In this document: positions 49,299 to 62,625 of the stretch, piece after piece | Layout: the number at the start of each line of letters is the position of its first letter | Numbering within the stretch: position 1 is the first letter of the stretch | From: Octopus sinensis | Taxonomy: Eukaryota | Assembly (NCBI RefSeq): GCF_006345805.1 | Contig: NC_042999.1 | Coordinates: 148,242,001-148,306,000 of the forward strand | Reading direction: 5' to 3' | DNA length: 64,000 nt | Made by a program: the position numbers and the translations under genes | Notes under the pieces: generated by a model | Told to the model about the DNA's origin: nothing | Database searches by the model: none | The model's input: only the letters and a program-made list of their open reading frames with translations

Positions 49299-49880
49299 TG
49301 GATGGTTCAGAATTCCACTTTAAACAAAGTGAAATATTTAAGATCAAATCAAATTTCACCTGTGCTTCGGAAAATCTAAACTATGCCATTACATGCTTAG
49401 GCTGTGGTAATAATTATATTGGCCAAACAGGAATATCACTCCGTCGAAGAACCACTCTCCACAAAGAACAAATCCGCCACCCACAATACAGACAGATACA
49501 GGTTAGTGAACGTATAGAAAGGTGTCCCCTTCAATCAATGTTCACAGAACACCTCAGTACAACAAAGAATGGACTTTCATCAATAAATATCTTCCCCAAC
49601 TCAATATGAACACACATGATACAGAACACTACTAACTCTTCAGTTAATACCACTAATCCCCATATATCCCATACACCATTCACATTACAGATCTATATCT
49701 ACCCTAATTGCACCAAATCCAGAACTACTTACCTCCCTTACACATAATCTTTTTACTTAGGTACTAGTAGACCTGACACCGTTCATTAATAGGTGCGTAT
49801 TCAAAGAAATGATTGGTAAATTTACGAAACCGGTATGCTTTTAAACCTCTTTAACAATTTACAGTAATAACTTTTATTCC
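49299..49880 (+). mobile_element. 3' fragment of a Penelope-like element
   Basis: ORF 49298-49609 FKIKSNFTCASENLNYAITCLGCGNNYIGQT; GAAACCGGT terminal motif at ~49826. Confidence 0.85.
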
Positions 49881-50045
49881 TACCTCTGTTCATCTAATTG
49901 TATATATCTACCGTTACTTTTCATAAAAAGCCTTTACGTTTTTTTTATTTCCAATGTGCATTTTCGCTTATTGCTTATTTTTCTTCTTACTTTCCCCTTA
50001 CATTTCCACGTGTTGTTTCCATTTTCTTTTTGTAACATTTTTCTA

Positions 50046-50085
<40 letters not shown>

Positions 50086-50832
50086 GACGGGCTTCTTTTA
50101 GTTTCGGCCAACCAAATCCACTCACAAGGATTCGGTTGGCCAGAAACTTTAGTAGAAGACACTTGTCCAACTAGTAAAAGAATAAAAGAAATAATATATG
50201 TATGTATGTATAAATGCGTATTTATACACATAAGGAATCCACTTAGCGTGAGATTCAACACATTAGAGAGAACAGCTAGGTTCTATAAACCACAAAAATA
50301 ACGGATAAAATTCGACAGGAATAAATTTGGAAATGAAAAACATTTACGATCGCGTATGTATATGTATATAGATGTGTGTTTATATACTATATATATTTGT
50401 ATATGTATGTGTGAGCTTTGTATGTTCATGTGTGGATGAACGTTGTAGGCTTATATTTCTGCGTTAGTATCGTTTTAAACTTAAACCTTTTTGCTAAGCT
50501 ATATGAGTTTATATTTAGTGGCCTTTAGCTCCCATGTTACTTAAATTTTCATTTATCTACATGTATTACCAATTCAGATTAGTCATAACGCACTTGCTGT
50601 TTTCCAACTGTGTCATTAAGAACTGAATTAAAATACTGACCGTCACAATACACACTCACTCTCTCTCTCCCCTTCCCTCCTTTAAACTCCGTTTTCTACA
50701 CTTCCTGCTTTTTCTATTTTCTTCTCCCTCACCTACACACTTCCTACTTTTCCACTTTCCTATCCGTCTTAATATATTTATTTCTTTATTCTTTTTCACT
50801 TATTTTTCCATTGATCTTTACTGTATTTCATT

Positions 50833-50915
<83 letters not shown>

Positions 50916-50970
50916 TGAGCAAATAATTCAGGAGAAAATATTTGCGAAAATATTATTGACTCTATTATTA

Positions 50971-51182
50971 TCTACTCTTTACTCTTTTACTTGTTTCAGT
51001 CATTTGACTGCGACCATGCTGGAGCACCGCCTTTAGTCGAGCAAATCGACCCCAGGACTTATTCTTTGTAAGCCCAGTACTTATTCTATCGGTCTCTTTT
51101 GCCGAACCACTAAGTGACGGGGACGTAAACACACCAGCATCGGTTGTCAAGCAATGCTAGGGGGACAAACACAGACACACAA
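50971..51182 (-). mobile_element. SINE family B, 3' half (a 5' piece lies at 50085-50172)
   Basis: Matches 36901-37110. Confidence 0.85.
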
Positions 51183-51704
51183 GACATAAACCTAAGCACT
51201 ATGATTTAACAAATTACAATTTCAGTGTTGCTATCACTTTAAGTAGTGAATCAGACTATCTTGTGGTGCCTACTTACAGCTTCATGGACTATGCCTTTGG
51301 AATACAAATTCAAACTAGATCTAAAGATAACCATTCTATTGAATAGTAAAATCTCCTAAGCAATTCAATTCACCTGCTTTCCTACAACTACAATGTACCC
51401 TGTCCACTTCTTTTATCGCAATTACAATTAATTCTGTAATGTTACTGGTTTTTAATAGTTACAAGACCAAACATCTTGGGGGAGAGAGAGAGAACAGTCA
51501 CCTAAATTTATCCTTGATTCAAAGGTCTGCCTTTGCAACTTCTGAAGTAATTTTCTACTTTTGCCACAGATTTTTCTTTTCAGATCTCAAGTTCACCAAC
51601 AGACACTGTCTCTTCACCAATTTCTTTCCTAAACTGTTTGCTCCCCTCAGTATTTTATTTATCAGCTACAGATGGTTGAAAGCAAATACCACAAGACATT
51701 TTGT

Positions 51705-52074
51705 TCATCACTCTAACAATGTTGTGGCCATGCTGGAGCACTTCTTTGAAGAGCTTTTAGTCAAATGAATTAACCCCAGTACTTACTGTTTTTTTTTTTT
51801 TAAGCATGGTACTTATTGTATTGATTTCTTTTGCTAAACCACTAAGTTATAGGGACATAAACACACCAAGAATGGTTGTCAAGTGGTGGTGGGAAACAAA
51901 GACACGCATAGATATAAATACAACAGGCTTTTTTCAATTTCTGTCTTTCAAATCCACTCACAAGGCTTTGGTTGGCCCAAGGCTTTAGTAGAAGACACTT
52001 GCCCAAGTTGTCATGCAGTGGGACTGAACCTGGAACCACGTGGTTGAGAAGCAAACTTCTTACCATACAGCCAC
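51705..52074 (-). mobile_element. SINE family B, full length
   Basis: Head, CORE-like domain and tail as at 36901-37281. Confidence 0.85.
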
Positions 52075-53514
52075 AGCCACAACACAAACATTTTAAGAAA
52101 ATCCTTGCTTTCTTATTCTTTAATGTTATTTCTTTAACCTATTTCCACTCAAAGTTTCAAATGTTTTCTACAAAGTCAATACTTCTAATTAACATATAAA
52201 AATATACTTCTATTTAATACTAGTTTCTTATATGTGCACAGATCCATTTAATTCATAGAGAGCAGAACATGACTGCGTGATATTCAAGCATTTTAAAAAA
52301 TTGGTTAGCATAGTTTTAGTTAGGTAAACTGTATATAATTCAAATTAATAGAATAAATGTTTAATTTATATCCATGAATATCAATTAATTTACATTCAAT
52401 CTCCTAAAAACAATGGCCTTTACTTAAATAATATAGCAACAAGCATTATTTTATACAAAGAAATGATAAACCAAATTCACAATTTGATTCTGACGTCTGA
52501 TTGTGACCGTCTCCATGTATTTCACTAAGGGACATGGGGAAAAGCATGAGTGACTTACCTTAACACAGATAAGAAATCAACATTATATAAACACGACACT
52601 AAAGCCACATGAAGGAAAAGAACATGGAGAAATTGATAATAGAAGTGTATCTTCATTCAATATATTATTGCTATAGTCGTGTAGTTTGTACCACAATGGT
52701 GGAGACAAGACTACAATGATTCAAAAATAACTGAACTGAAAGAAAAAAATCAGTTTTTGGCAGCTTTCATCAAATTTGAGGCATAATAAATATAGACACA
52801 TACACACAAACATTATCCACATTGACACCAATTTCTCCAGAATGTTGTAATATTTCACCTTCACTGATAGCAATCCATTGTTTCATTAGTAGTCTTATGT
52901 AATAATTTAGGAGTTTTAAGTAGTATTACTGTTGTTGTCGCAGCTTTAAGACACTGATGCAACATGCTAAAAGTTATTTTTACAAATCTACAATTTGGTA
53001 ATAACTGAATAGGTACAACATCAATATTTTCAACAGACTAAATCAAATCTATAGACATAGAAGGGCTAAAAGCTAAAATTGATTCTCAGAATGCTGAGAT
53101 ACAAAATTAAACATTGTAAGTCATCTGAGTAAAGCAATCTCCCTTTTCTACCAACTCACCATCTTGTAGTCAGTAAATAAAAACAGCACATGATTGCAGT
53201 CTGGTAAGTGATACAGTCCTTACAAAATTTCACACAATAGCTGCAGTATAGTAGCAACTATAGATTAGATCCCACTGATTCACCATATCAAGAAAAAGAA
53301 ACATTGAAATTTGTATGAAGAAATGATTGTAGACACTGTCTAACCAGTTTGAATCATTACTACAATTATATACAGCAGTCATATGTTGTTTGTTTTAGAG
53401 CAATAGAATAAAAGTGTGTTACAGTAATAGTACAACTAAAAAACATCTCTGCACCACCTAAAAAATTTCAAAGCTATCAGTTGATGTTTAACAATTGCTG
53501 AAGTAATTCAGCTT

Positions 53515-53616
53515 CTAGAGATGTGCTAATGCTTGATTTACTCGAGATCGTGTAGACCGCCCTATTGCTTGGCTGATAAACTGGCCAGCTTCAATCAGTT
53601 TTGGTAAGTCAATTCC
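53515..53616 (-). CDS. HMGCL: Hydroxymethylglutaryl-CoA lyase, last coding exon
   Basis: TTGCAG|GIDLPKLIEAGQFISQAIGRSTRSRVNQALAHL*; 102 bp, phase 0. Confidence 0.93.
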   Translation of the reverse strand, partial: GIDLPKLIEAGQFISQAIGRSTRSRVNQALAHL

Positions 53617-53746
53617 CTGCAAGAAATAAAAGAATGACATTATATTTAGTGGCTGACAAATGAAATACTCATTTAAGAGATTAGAAACAGTAAGGAAATA
53701 AAAGTTTAAATAATAGAGATACTTTGACAAGGAGACACTTCGTAGG

Positions 53747-53877
53747 CATCATCATCATCATCATTTAATATCCATTTTCCATGCTGGCATGGGTTGGACA
53801 GTTTCACAGGAACTGACACCAATCTCTGCTGTCTGCTTTGGCATGGTTTCTACAGCTAGATGCCCTTCCTAATGCTA
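53747..53877 (-). mobile_element. SINE family D 3' end, (GAT)n tail
   Basis: Matches the CCAACCCATGCCAGCATGGAAA tail family. Confidence 0.75.
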
Positions 53878-53999
53878 AATGAAAACAAATCTAATTTCTA
53901 TCAATACAAATAATGAATTTCATTCATAACATTAGTTTGGTGCAACAGTTGGTATCAAGTTTACTGTAACAGCTAACTGTTGTAAAGTTTATTGTTACA

Positions 54000-54616
54000 G
54001 CTGACTACTGATTTCCTATCACAGATGACGTTTCCAAGATGGCCAAAAGAATGTCAATATTGACAAACATTCTGAGAGACCCGCAGCCAGTAGAACTGAG
54101 AAAGATATCACAAATGTGTGTGCAGCTGTGGGGGGAAATCGTCGAATCACCATCTGTGAGTTATCAGATGTGCAGATTAGTTACAGTTCAGTTCAGTCCA
54201 TTATCACTGAAGATTTGGGTATGAGATGCACGTCTTCTGAGTTGGTGCCAAAACTGCTTTCAGCTGACCAAAAAGACACTCGGGTTTCAGTTGCACAAAA
54301 CCTCCTTGGTTGTGTCGAGAACAATGAAAACTTTTTGAAAACTTTGCGTAGGCCTCTGAGCAGGTATCACCAAGGTTTTGGCAAAATTTGATGCAGATTC
54401 TCTGCTGAAGTTTCTCAGTCATGGTCAATGCAATGATCACATGCTACACACCTTCCTTCCAAGCACTGCTGTAAACTGTGGAAGAGAGCTAGAACGTTAA
54501 AACTTAGTGCACATGCACAGCAGAGTTCAAGGTCAATCTGTGTAAAACAGCTTCACTCTGTATGCTTTAGCTTTGTTACTATGGCAACAGTCCGGATACT
54601 TATTGATCAGACCACG
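54000..54616 (-). mobile_element. Rearranged mariner relic in an HMGCL intron
   Basis: TIR CCGGATACTTATTGATCAGACCACG|TA; minus strand QQRICIKFCQNLG; plus strand NRRITICEL...VPKLLS.DQK. Confidence 0.75.
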
Positions 54617-56470
54617 TAAAAGTAATCAAGTGACCAGTGAAATTCAACATAACTATTTGAGTCAATGTATCAACAAAATCAATCAAAAGAGCTATCAAAT
54701 TGTATAGTGATTTCACCCAGTCACTGATTGGGTGAAATCAAAGCCAGAGGCATGACATCAAAATTGTTTACCTACATTTAGATCACTGATACAATGATGC
54801 TGCTTATGAAGGAAACTACAATGCTACACAGATGACTGATATGAAGATTAGTATTATTATTCTGAAGACATGTATCATATCGATGACGCTGGTAGCAATA
54901 GACTAATATTAGCAGTAACAGGTAATTTATTTTCAATGAAGATCTACTGTAATAAGTATACAATAAAAGTGTGATACTACATGATGTCAAAACAAACATT
55001 GAATACAGAGGATATGCAAAAACTGGAGAGAAATTAAATGAGTACAAGCCATTGGATATGTTCTTTTAACTTGCACAAAAGTTTGTTCAATATCTTGAAG
55101 TGAGTGAAAGGCAACTTGTCTCTAGGATATAAAGATTGATTTTTCCAGAGAATTTAGTACCTATCCCCATCAATGATACAAACTAAGGAATATAAAATGT
55201 TCTGCTGACAGATTTATCAAAACCAAACACTGCATTTGAACAAGACCTTCTGAGTTTGTGATCCCAAAGACATAAGTATTATTTAATATGGCAACCAGTC
55301 CTATGTTTCAGGCTTTGTTATTTTGTTGAATAAAGCTTTTAGTCTAAGCCCTATTCTAATTTTACAACAATTTATACAAATTAAAAGCAGAAAATGGTAA
55401 AATAATTGAAACTAGATTGATTTCATGGAAATTTGCCTGTAACAGAATCAGAATAAGGACATTAGAAGAGAGCAATCAATAATTTCCTCTCCACACTCCC
55501 CAATACAGATGCACATAGACTACAAATTATGATAAACTGTATTACTTCACAGGTTTATTATCATTTTGCACACTTGCCACAGTAAAGGCTATGATGAATC
55601 AATGAGCCAAACTGAATTCACTTTGGTAAAGCCTTGCAATCATTAACCTTTTCCATGAGGAAACAAGAACAAAATGAGTCTAAGATCAATATGTAGCAAT
55701 TCAGCAACTTCTTGCCTGACTGGCGTTGTGCTTTTGCAGCTGTGACAGTTGAATAACATACCTCTCAGGCAATTTGTGTTTTATTGTTAGACTTGTTCTG
55801 TCAGGTCTACATAACATCTATTCAAATCAAACAACCTCTCAACTGTTTGAGTTACTATGCAAGCTCTCAGTTTGGAAGAGCTAACTAAATGGTTGAATTC
55901 TATGATAGTGCATGATATGTCTGTGTCCCATCTGTTAATGTCACCTATGCTCAAGATACTTCCAGATGAAATCTTTACTTTGATTTTAGTGACCATCAGG
56001 AAATATTAAACACTGATGCTATAAACAAAAAGAGAAGCTGTTACTTTGGTGGTTAGACAATTCACTCTTCATAAATATGTTCTACAGAGTGATCATCCCT
56101 ACCGCCTGCTTATAGGATATGGTAGGGATGATCACTCAAAAGAAAAGCCAAGTTTAATATATCACTGCTATTTCTGTGAATTTCCACAATAAGGATAACA
56201 GATCTATCAGCTTCTCCATCAGAAAACAAAACATTCACTAATTATTGAGTATCTTGGTTGTCAAGATTTCAATATTGTAAGCAAAGTAAACATGCAAATC
56301 ATAAATGCAAAATTTCATTGGCTTCCAATGAATTGTCGTCTTATGCTCAACATAAATGTTACTGCAATACGGCAATGAAAACTATAATAAATTGTCACTC
56401 AAAAACAACTTGTGCTGTGACATTATTTTCAGCAAAGAGTTTATGGCTAAATATTCAATAAATTTCATAT

Positions 56471-56669
56471 TTAACCCTTTAGCATTTATACTGGCCATAT
56501 CTGATCAAAATATTCTACTTATTTTAAATTCAAACTGGCCAGATCCAGCCTCCTACACCTATCCTACAATGTCATTCTAAAAATAATACTCACATCAACC
56601 GAATCTCAAAGCTATGAGATATAATGCAAGATTAATTTTTTAACAAAGAACTCAATGTTAAATAGTTAA
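56471..56669. mobile_element. piggyBac-like MITE, second copy
   Basis: TTAACCCTTTAGCATT end; internal similarity to 21624-21847 in reverse. Confidence 0.65.
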
Positions 56670-56904
56670 CGAAAAGCATTCAACAATAAAAGTCGCTTGG
56701 GCTAAGTAAAAGATATTTTGGAAGCTCATCTTTTTCACCTAATTTCACAATGTCATTTGAATATATTCATTGGCAGGCCCAAAAGCGACTTCAAGATAAT
56801 ATTATTAGATCTCAAAGAGTGCTAGCATTGATATTGACTAATCAAAACTTCAGGTGGTGTTTGTTCATTGAATATTTACAGGAAATTAGATATTTAACAA
56901 TGCC

Positions 56905-57605
56905 TGATGCAAATGTCACAATAGTAAATATCATAATGTAACTAAAGCTGAGATAATGCCACCCATAATAGTCAAAATAGTATTACACAGGGATAGACAT
57001 AATGAACAAGAGTAAAGGTAACATCTTAACTCTAGAGATTAATGTAACCACAGCAGCAATAATGTCACAAAGAAGGGTTACAACAGTTAAAATAATATCA
57101 CAACAAAAGAGTTAAGATTACAACAATACAGGTAATCCCACAACAGTATAGATAATTTCACAACAGAGGAGATTTTCAACTGTAGAGACCAAAACAGATG
57201 TTATGTTACAAGAGTAAATGTTATGTCACAACAATAGAGGTAATGTCAGAAAAGAGAGCTAATTTAAGTTACATTACAGGTCATGTTGCAAAACTAGAAG
57301 TTGTGTCACAACATTAGGGATAAAATCAAAATAATAGAAGTAATGAGATCATAATACGACAATATAGATTGTATCACAAAAGTAGAAATAACTGCACAAC
57401 TGTAGAAGTGTTGTCACAGAAGGAGACATAATGATACATTAGTTGTAATGTCACTGTAGATGTAATATTACAACTGTAACAGTAACATCACTGAAATAGT
57501 TGTTGTTAGGTCACAACAGAAGAAATAATATCAAAATAAATTTAAAGATGATGTCACAGCATTAGAGTTCGTCTCACAACAGTAGAAGTAATATCATAAG
57601 CAGTA
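56905..57605. repeat. Degenerate ~20-bp minisatellite
   Basis: Recurrent variants of ATGTCACAACAGTAGAGRTA. Confidence 0.7.
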
Positions 57606-57718
57606 GACTTATGACTTGGAAGTAAGCTTCTTAACCACACAGCCACATCTGCACCTCAAAATAACTGCCAATTTCTGCCTTTATTAGATTACCAATTAAG
57701 TACAACTTAATTACTTAC

Positions 57719-57844
57719 TGTTTTGATTGCTAAACCATGAAGCATATAAACCACATCTTCTGTTGCAACATTACCACTGGCCCCACGAGCATATGGACAA
57801 CCACCTAGACCAGATACTGAACTGTCTACAACACTGACTCCCAT
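57719..57844 (-). CDS. HMGCL: HMG-CoA lyase exon with the catalytic-cysteine loop
   Basis: TTTCAG|[42 protein letters not shown]|GTAAGT; 126 bp. Confidence 0.97.
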
Positions 57845-57919
57845 CTGAAAAGGAACATTATTAAATATAATAAATGAACATTTTTTGTAGAATGAATATG
57901 TGTGTGTGTATGTATGTCG

Positions 57920-58168
57920 CCTTACTAGCACTTGTGCTGATGGCACATGAAACATTCGAGCGAGGTCATCGCCAGCGCTGCAGGACTGGCTCCTGTGCAG
58001 GTGGCACGTAAAAGCACCCACTACACTCTCGGAGTGGTTGGCGTTAGGAAGGGCATCCAGCTGTAGAAACTCTGCCAGATCAGGTTGGAGTCTGGTTCGC
58101 CAGACCTCAGTCAAATCGTCCAACCCATGCTAGCATGGAAAGCGGATGTTAAATGATGATGATGACGA
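57920..58168 (+). mobile_element. SINE family D
   Basis: GGCACGTAAAAGCACCCACTACACTC...GGAAGGGCATCCAGCTGTAGAAAC...(GAT)n; relatives at 59028-59335 (-), 60496-60845 (-), 62295-62365 (-), 62425-62565 (+) and 63790-64000 (+). Confidence 0.85.
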
Positions 58169-58190
58169 TATATATGTGTGTGTGTATTTA

Positions 58191-58232
<42 letters not shown>

Positions 58233-58239
58233 ATATATA

Positions 58240-58276
<37 letters not shown>

Positions 58277-58280
58277 CATA

Positions 58281-58985
58281 CAGGGTGTCCAAAAACAATG
58301 TATACACTCTTTAGCAGCTGATAATTCAATTGAAGTTTTTTTCTTTCCAGATGAAACCCATTAATGATGGCAGTCAGACAAAGCTTTGAACAAAAGAAAT
58401 TCATTCTAAAAAGCAACTGGAAGTGTGAAAATGCAGGAGGGGATTTCAAACAGATCCACCAATGCGACTTATTATCACTCAAATTAGAGAAAAGTTTGAA
58501 GCCAATCGAACCATTCAGAATGTCCAAAAGACCACGAACACTGACAACCCCCAACAAAGCAAGAAGGAGTGCTGGAAACGAATCACCAAAGTCCAAGAAA
58601 ATTTGAACGGCAAGCAAATTGTGAGGTAGGTATTTCAAAATCCTCAGTCCAACGCATTTTGAGGCATTGTCAATGGAAAAGTTACATTCCAAGATTAGTC
58701 CATGCCACTAATGATGATGATCCAGACCAAAGAGTGCCGTATTGCAAGTGGTACTTGGCACTATGTGTAGAAGAAGCACACTTTCCAACAAAGATTGTGT
58801 GGAGTGATGAGACCTCATTCAAATTAAATGGTTGAAGCTAATGGCGATTTTATTGAATAAATTTACTCTTTAGTATTTCAAGATATTTTTTAATGTAATT
58901 TTAGTAGATATTTCTGTTAAAATGAGATGTCAGTGTTTTTTTCATTTTTGCATAATTTAGATGACAGTTTATTCACTGCACCCTC
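58281..58985 (+). mobile_element. Internally deleted Tc1/mariner-superfamily transposon
   Basis: TA|CAGGGTGTCC end; ORFs 58364-58606 and 58569-58835 ([11 protein letters not shown]...[13 protein letters not shown]); degenerate right end GCACCCTCG. Confidence 0.8.
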
Positions 58986-58986
58986 G

Positions 58987-59027
<41 letters not shown>

Positions 59028-59634
59028 CCATCATTATTATTATCTAATATCCATTTTCCATTCTGGCAAGGGTTGAACGGTTTGACAAAAGCTGACCAGC
59101 TGGAGAGCTTCCCAGGTTCCACTTGTCTGTTCTGACAGGGTTTCTATGACTGGATGCCCTTCCTAATACCAACCACTTTACAGAGTGTACTGGGCGCATT
59201 TTAGGGAACATCAGCACAGGTGATTTTGCATGACACCAGCTTGAGTGCTCTTTGCATGCCACAGTCATGGGTGCTTTTTACATGACACCAGTACCCGTGA
59301 GCCTGCAAGACAAGGACTGCCCAGCTTGCATGCAAGTGTGTGATGATCTTATGTGTATGTGTGTGCATGGTTTTGTTATCCACCCACCACTTGACAAATA
59401 GTGTCAGCTTGTTTACATTCATATAACTTAGCAAATCAGAAAAAAGGGTTAAATAGAATTAAGTACCAGACTTCAAAAAAGTACTAAGGCCAATTTGATC
59501 AACTAAACCCTTCAGGGCAGTGCTCCAGCATGGCCACTGTCCAATCACTGAAACAAGTAAAGGAACAAACAGAAGAAAAGTGTTTAATAACTCATTATCA
59601 TAATCTTTCACACCTACAAACAAATAATACTAAC

Positions 59635-59823
59635 CTGTAATGCTGCAAAAATATTTGCTAGAGCTTGTCCATAGGTGTCATGGCAATGGACAGCAAGTTT
59701 CTCAACTGGCACCACATCGCAGACTGTAGAAATAAGCCTCTTCATTTTACCTGGTGTGCCAATACCTATGGTGTCACCAAGGGATATTTCATAGCAGCCA
59801 AGGTCCAACATTGATCTACATAC
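59635..59823 (-). CDS. HMGCL: HMG-CoA lyase exon with the metal-binding HCHD motif
   Basis: TTGCAG|[25 protein letters not shown]...[21 protein letters not shown]|GTTAGT; 189 bp. Confidence 0.97.
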
Positions 59824-61128
59824 CTGCAAAAAAAACTTAACATTTTTAGAGGTTTTATCAACTATTAAAGTATTTTTGCTTTTGTTGTTGTTGTTTTTTT
59901 CTTTGTAAAATGAAATATATTTTTTTAAAGATTTTTTTTCTTTTTGCTTTTATTTTTTGTAACAAATACTGAAATATTATTATATACTTGACCAAATGTT
60001 TACATTTGTTGATCTTCAGCATAACTGTGAACTGAAAATGTTACCTTTTGATAGGAGAAGGTTCAGTGATCTTAAAGTATAAATAACAATAATAATAATA
60101 ACAATAATAATAATAATGTTTGTTCACTTATTTTATGTCCATCTGTCCACACTGGTAATAGGTTAGACAAATATATTATTGAGGTATTGTCTTACAGTCA
60201 GGTGCCCTTCCTGTTACTAACCCTTACTTATTTTTCAAGAAAGGATCTCTCTAATTCACATATCTTTGAAGATGAGAAGCAAGCAGGTTATTTGTTAACA
60301 GGGGAAGTGACAATAACAACACTGCTCACAGGGAACACATTTCATAGGACTCAAATTCATCCAATCTCTTATCCTCTCTCGCTCTTATTTGAAGAGGTTC
60401 TTCAATCCTATAAGTTACAAGGTGATCTCATTAGTGTTGGTACTACAAAAGAATTGCCCAATAGACTCTGTAAAGTAGTTAGTATTAAAGAAAGGCATCA
60501 TCATTATCATTTAACGTCCGCTTTCCATGCTAGCATGGGTTGGACGGTTCAACCGGGGTCTGGAAGCCATGGAGGCTGCACCAGGCTCTAGTCTGATTTG
60601 GCAGTGTTTCTACAGCTGGATGCCCTTCCTAATGCCAACCACTCCGTGAGTGTAGTGGGTGTTTTTTACGTGCCACTGGCACAGGGGCCAGAGCAGGCTG
60701 GCAAACGGCCACAATCGGTTGGTGCTTTTACATGTCACTGACACAGACGCCAGCCAGGCAGCGCTAGCATCTGCCGTGTTCGAACGGTGCTTTTTACGTG
60801 TCACCGGCATGGGTGTCTTACAAATCATGTCAAAATGTCCACCGCCATACCAGCAAAGGAAAATGGATATAAATGACAATGATGGATTTCTTTCAATGTC
60901 TATCGAATTCACTGGCAAGACTTTACTCAGCCCAAGGCTATAGTAGAAGACACTTCCCCAAAGTGCGGTGCAATAGAACTGAACCTGAAACTATGTGTTA
61001 CTTGTTAGCATTCCTGTCAAATTCATTTTCCAATTAATTTTTACAGCTTTTACAGCTTTCGTTTTTTGTTTGTTTTTTTTTATTGTTAGAGTAAAAAGAA
61101 AGAACAATATACTTATGAATGATCTTAC

Positions 61129-61192
61129 ATCAGCCACTTTCTCTGGGTCAATGTCTCCTTCATAAGGACATCCAAGTACACAGGACACATAA
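61129..61192 (-). CDS. HMGCL: HMG-CoA lyase exon
   Basis: TTTTAG|T-YVSCVLGCPYEGDIDPEKVAD|GTAAGA; 64 bp, phase 2 to 0. Confidence 0.96.
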
Positions 61193-61445
61193 CTAAAAAG
61201 GGTAATGGTAAAAGGTAATAATTGTGTATCATATTCGTTATGAAACAAATTAATAGAAAATGATGTTATTTCGATTAAGTGGTGTGGAACATTTATTGTA
61301 ATTAAACTCAGTACTTAAAAGGCTTTGAGTTAACTGTGTTTGCAATGTGCTTGCAATTGTTCTTGCGTGTTCTTCAATAGTTAAATGTATTGAATTATAA
61401 CCATATTGACATATGAACACAAACGAAGATACAAACAGATATTTT

Positions 61446-61485
<40 letters not shown>

Positions 61486-61650
61486 AGAGTTTACGAAAAA
61501 AACAAAAGACGAAGACAGGTGGTGTACAAAACAAACAGATGTATTAGTATAATGCTCAGGAATAAAAAAAGTCTTTTACGTTTTGAGCCTACGCTCTTCT
61601 ACAGAAAGGGACACAGAAAAAACAAGGAGAGAAAAAATACATATATATAC

Positions 61651-61681
<31 letters not shown>

Positions 61682-61824
61682 ATATAATATATATATATGT
61701 ATATATATATAATATATATATATATGATTGATTGATTGATTGATTCTAGTTTCAGCTTATGAGCTGTGGCCATGCTGGGGCACCGCCATTTGTATATATA
61801 TATAATATATATTATAATATATAT

Positions 61825-61858
<34 letters not shown>

Positions 61859-62625
61859 ATATATATATTATATATATAATATATATATATGTATATATAT
61901 ATAATATTATATATATATAATATATATAATATATATATATATATATATAATATAATATATATATATATATATATATGTATATGTATATGCCAGCATGGAA
62001 GGCGGACTGATAGCCAGAGATATTTTACATTTAAAATATAGTTTATTTTATTACAATTAGCTATCAATTTAAAATAGTATCTACTTTGGAATTGGTAATT
62101 GACAAGAAACAAAAACTTTAAATTTAGTTGATAAAGTTATTCATACGTAAAAAGAAACTAAACAAAATGAAAATTTTTTAAAAGTAAGTTTTTCCCTAAT
62201 TTTTCAGTTGATCCTGCAAATAAAGCTTAAAGACGAAGACAAAGAAATCCTTAGAAACACATGCTTTTCCATGTTTGTATGAGCTAGACAGAATTTGTAG
62301 AAGCAAATTTCCTACAGCTAGATGCCCTTCCTATTGCCAACGCTCACTTGTTTTCAAGCAACGTAATATTTCCATATGACCAAATAGGTTTTATTTGGAA
62401 GACTGGGAAAAAATGACACAGCTTGTATGTTAGTAAGGGCATCCAGCTGTAGAAGCCAAGCCAAAATAGACTATGGGACCTGGGGCTGCTTTTGGCCTTG
62501 CCAGCTCTTGTTAAGCTATCCAACCCATACCAGCATGGAAAACATGTTAAATGATGATGATAATGATACTGATTAATCTTCAACAGAACTGATTAATGTT
62601 TAGGAATTATCTGATAGCTACTTAC

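Noticed and set aside
57725-57733. GLAIKT instead of the usual GLGI.T in HMGCL
   Set aside because: A single substitution that cannot be told apart from lineage variation or base error without orthologs or reads.
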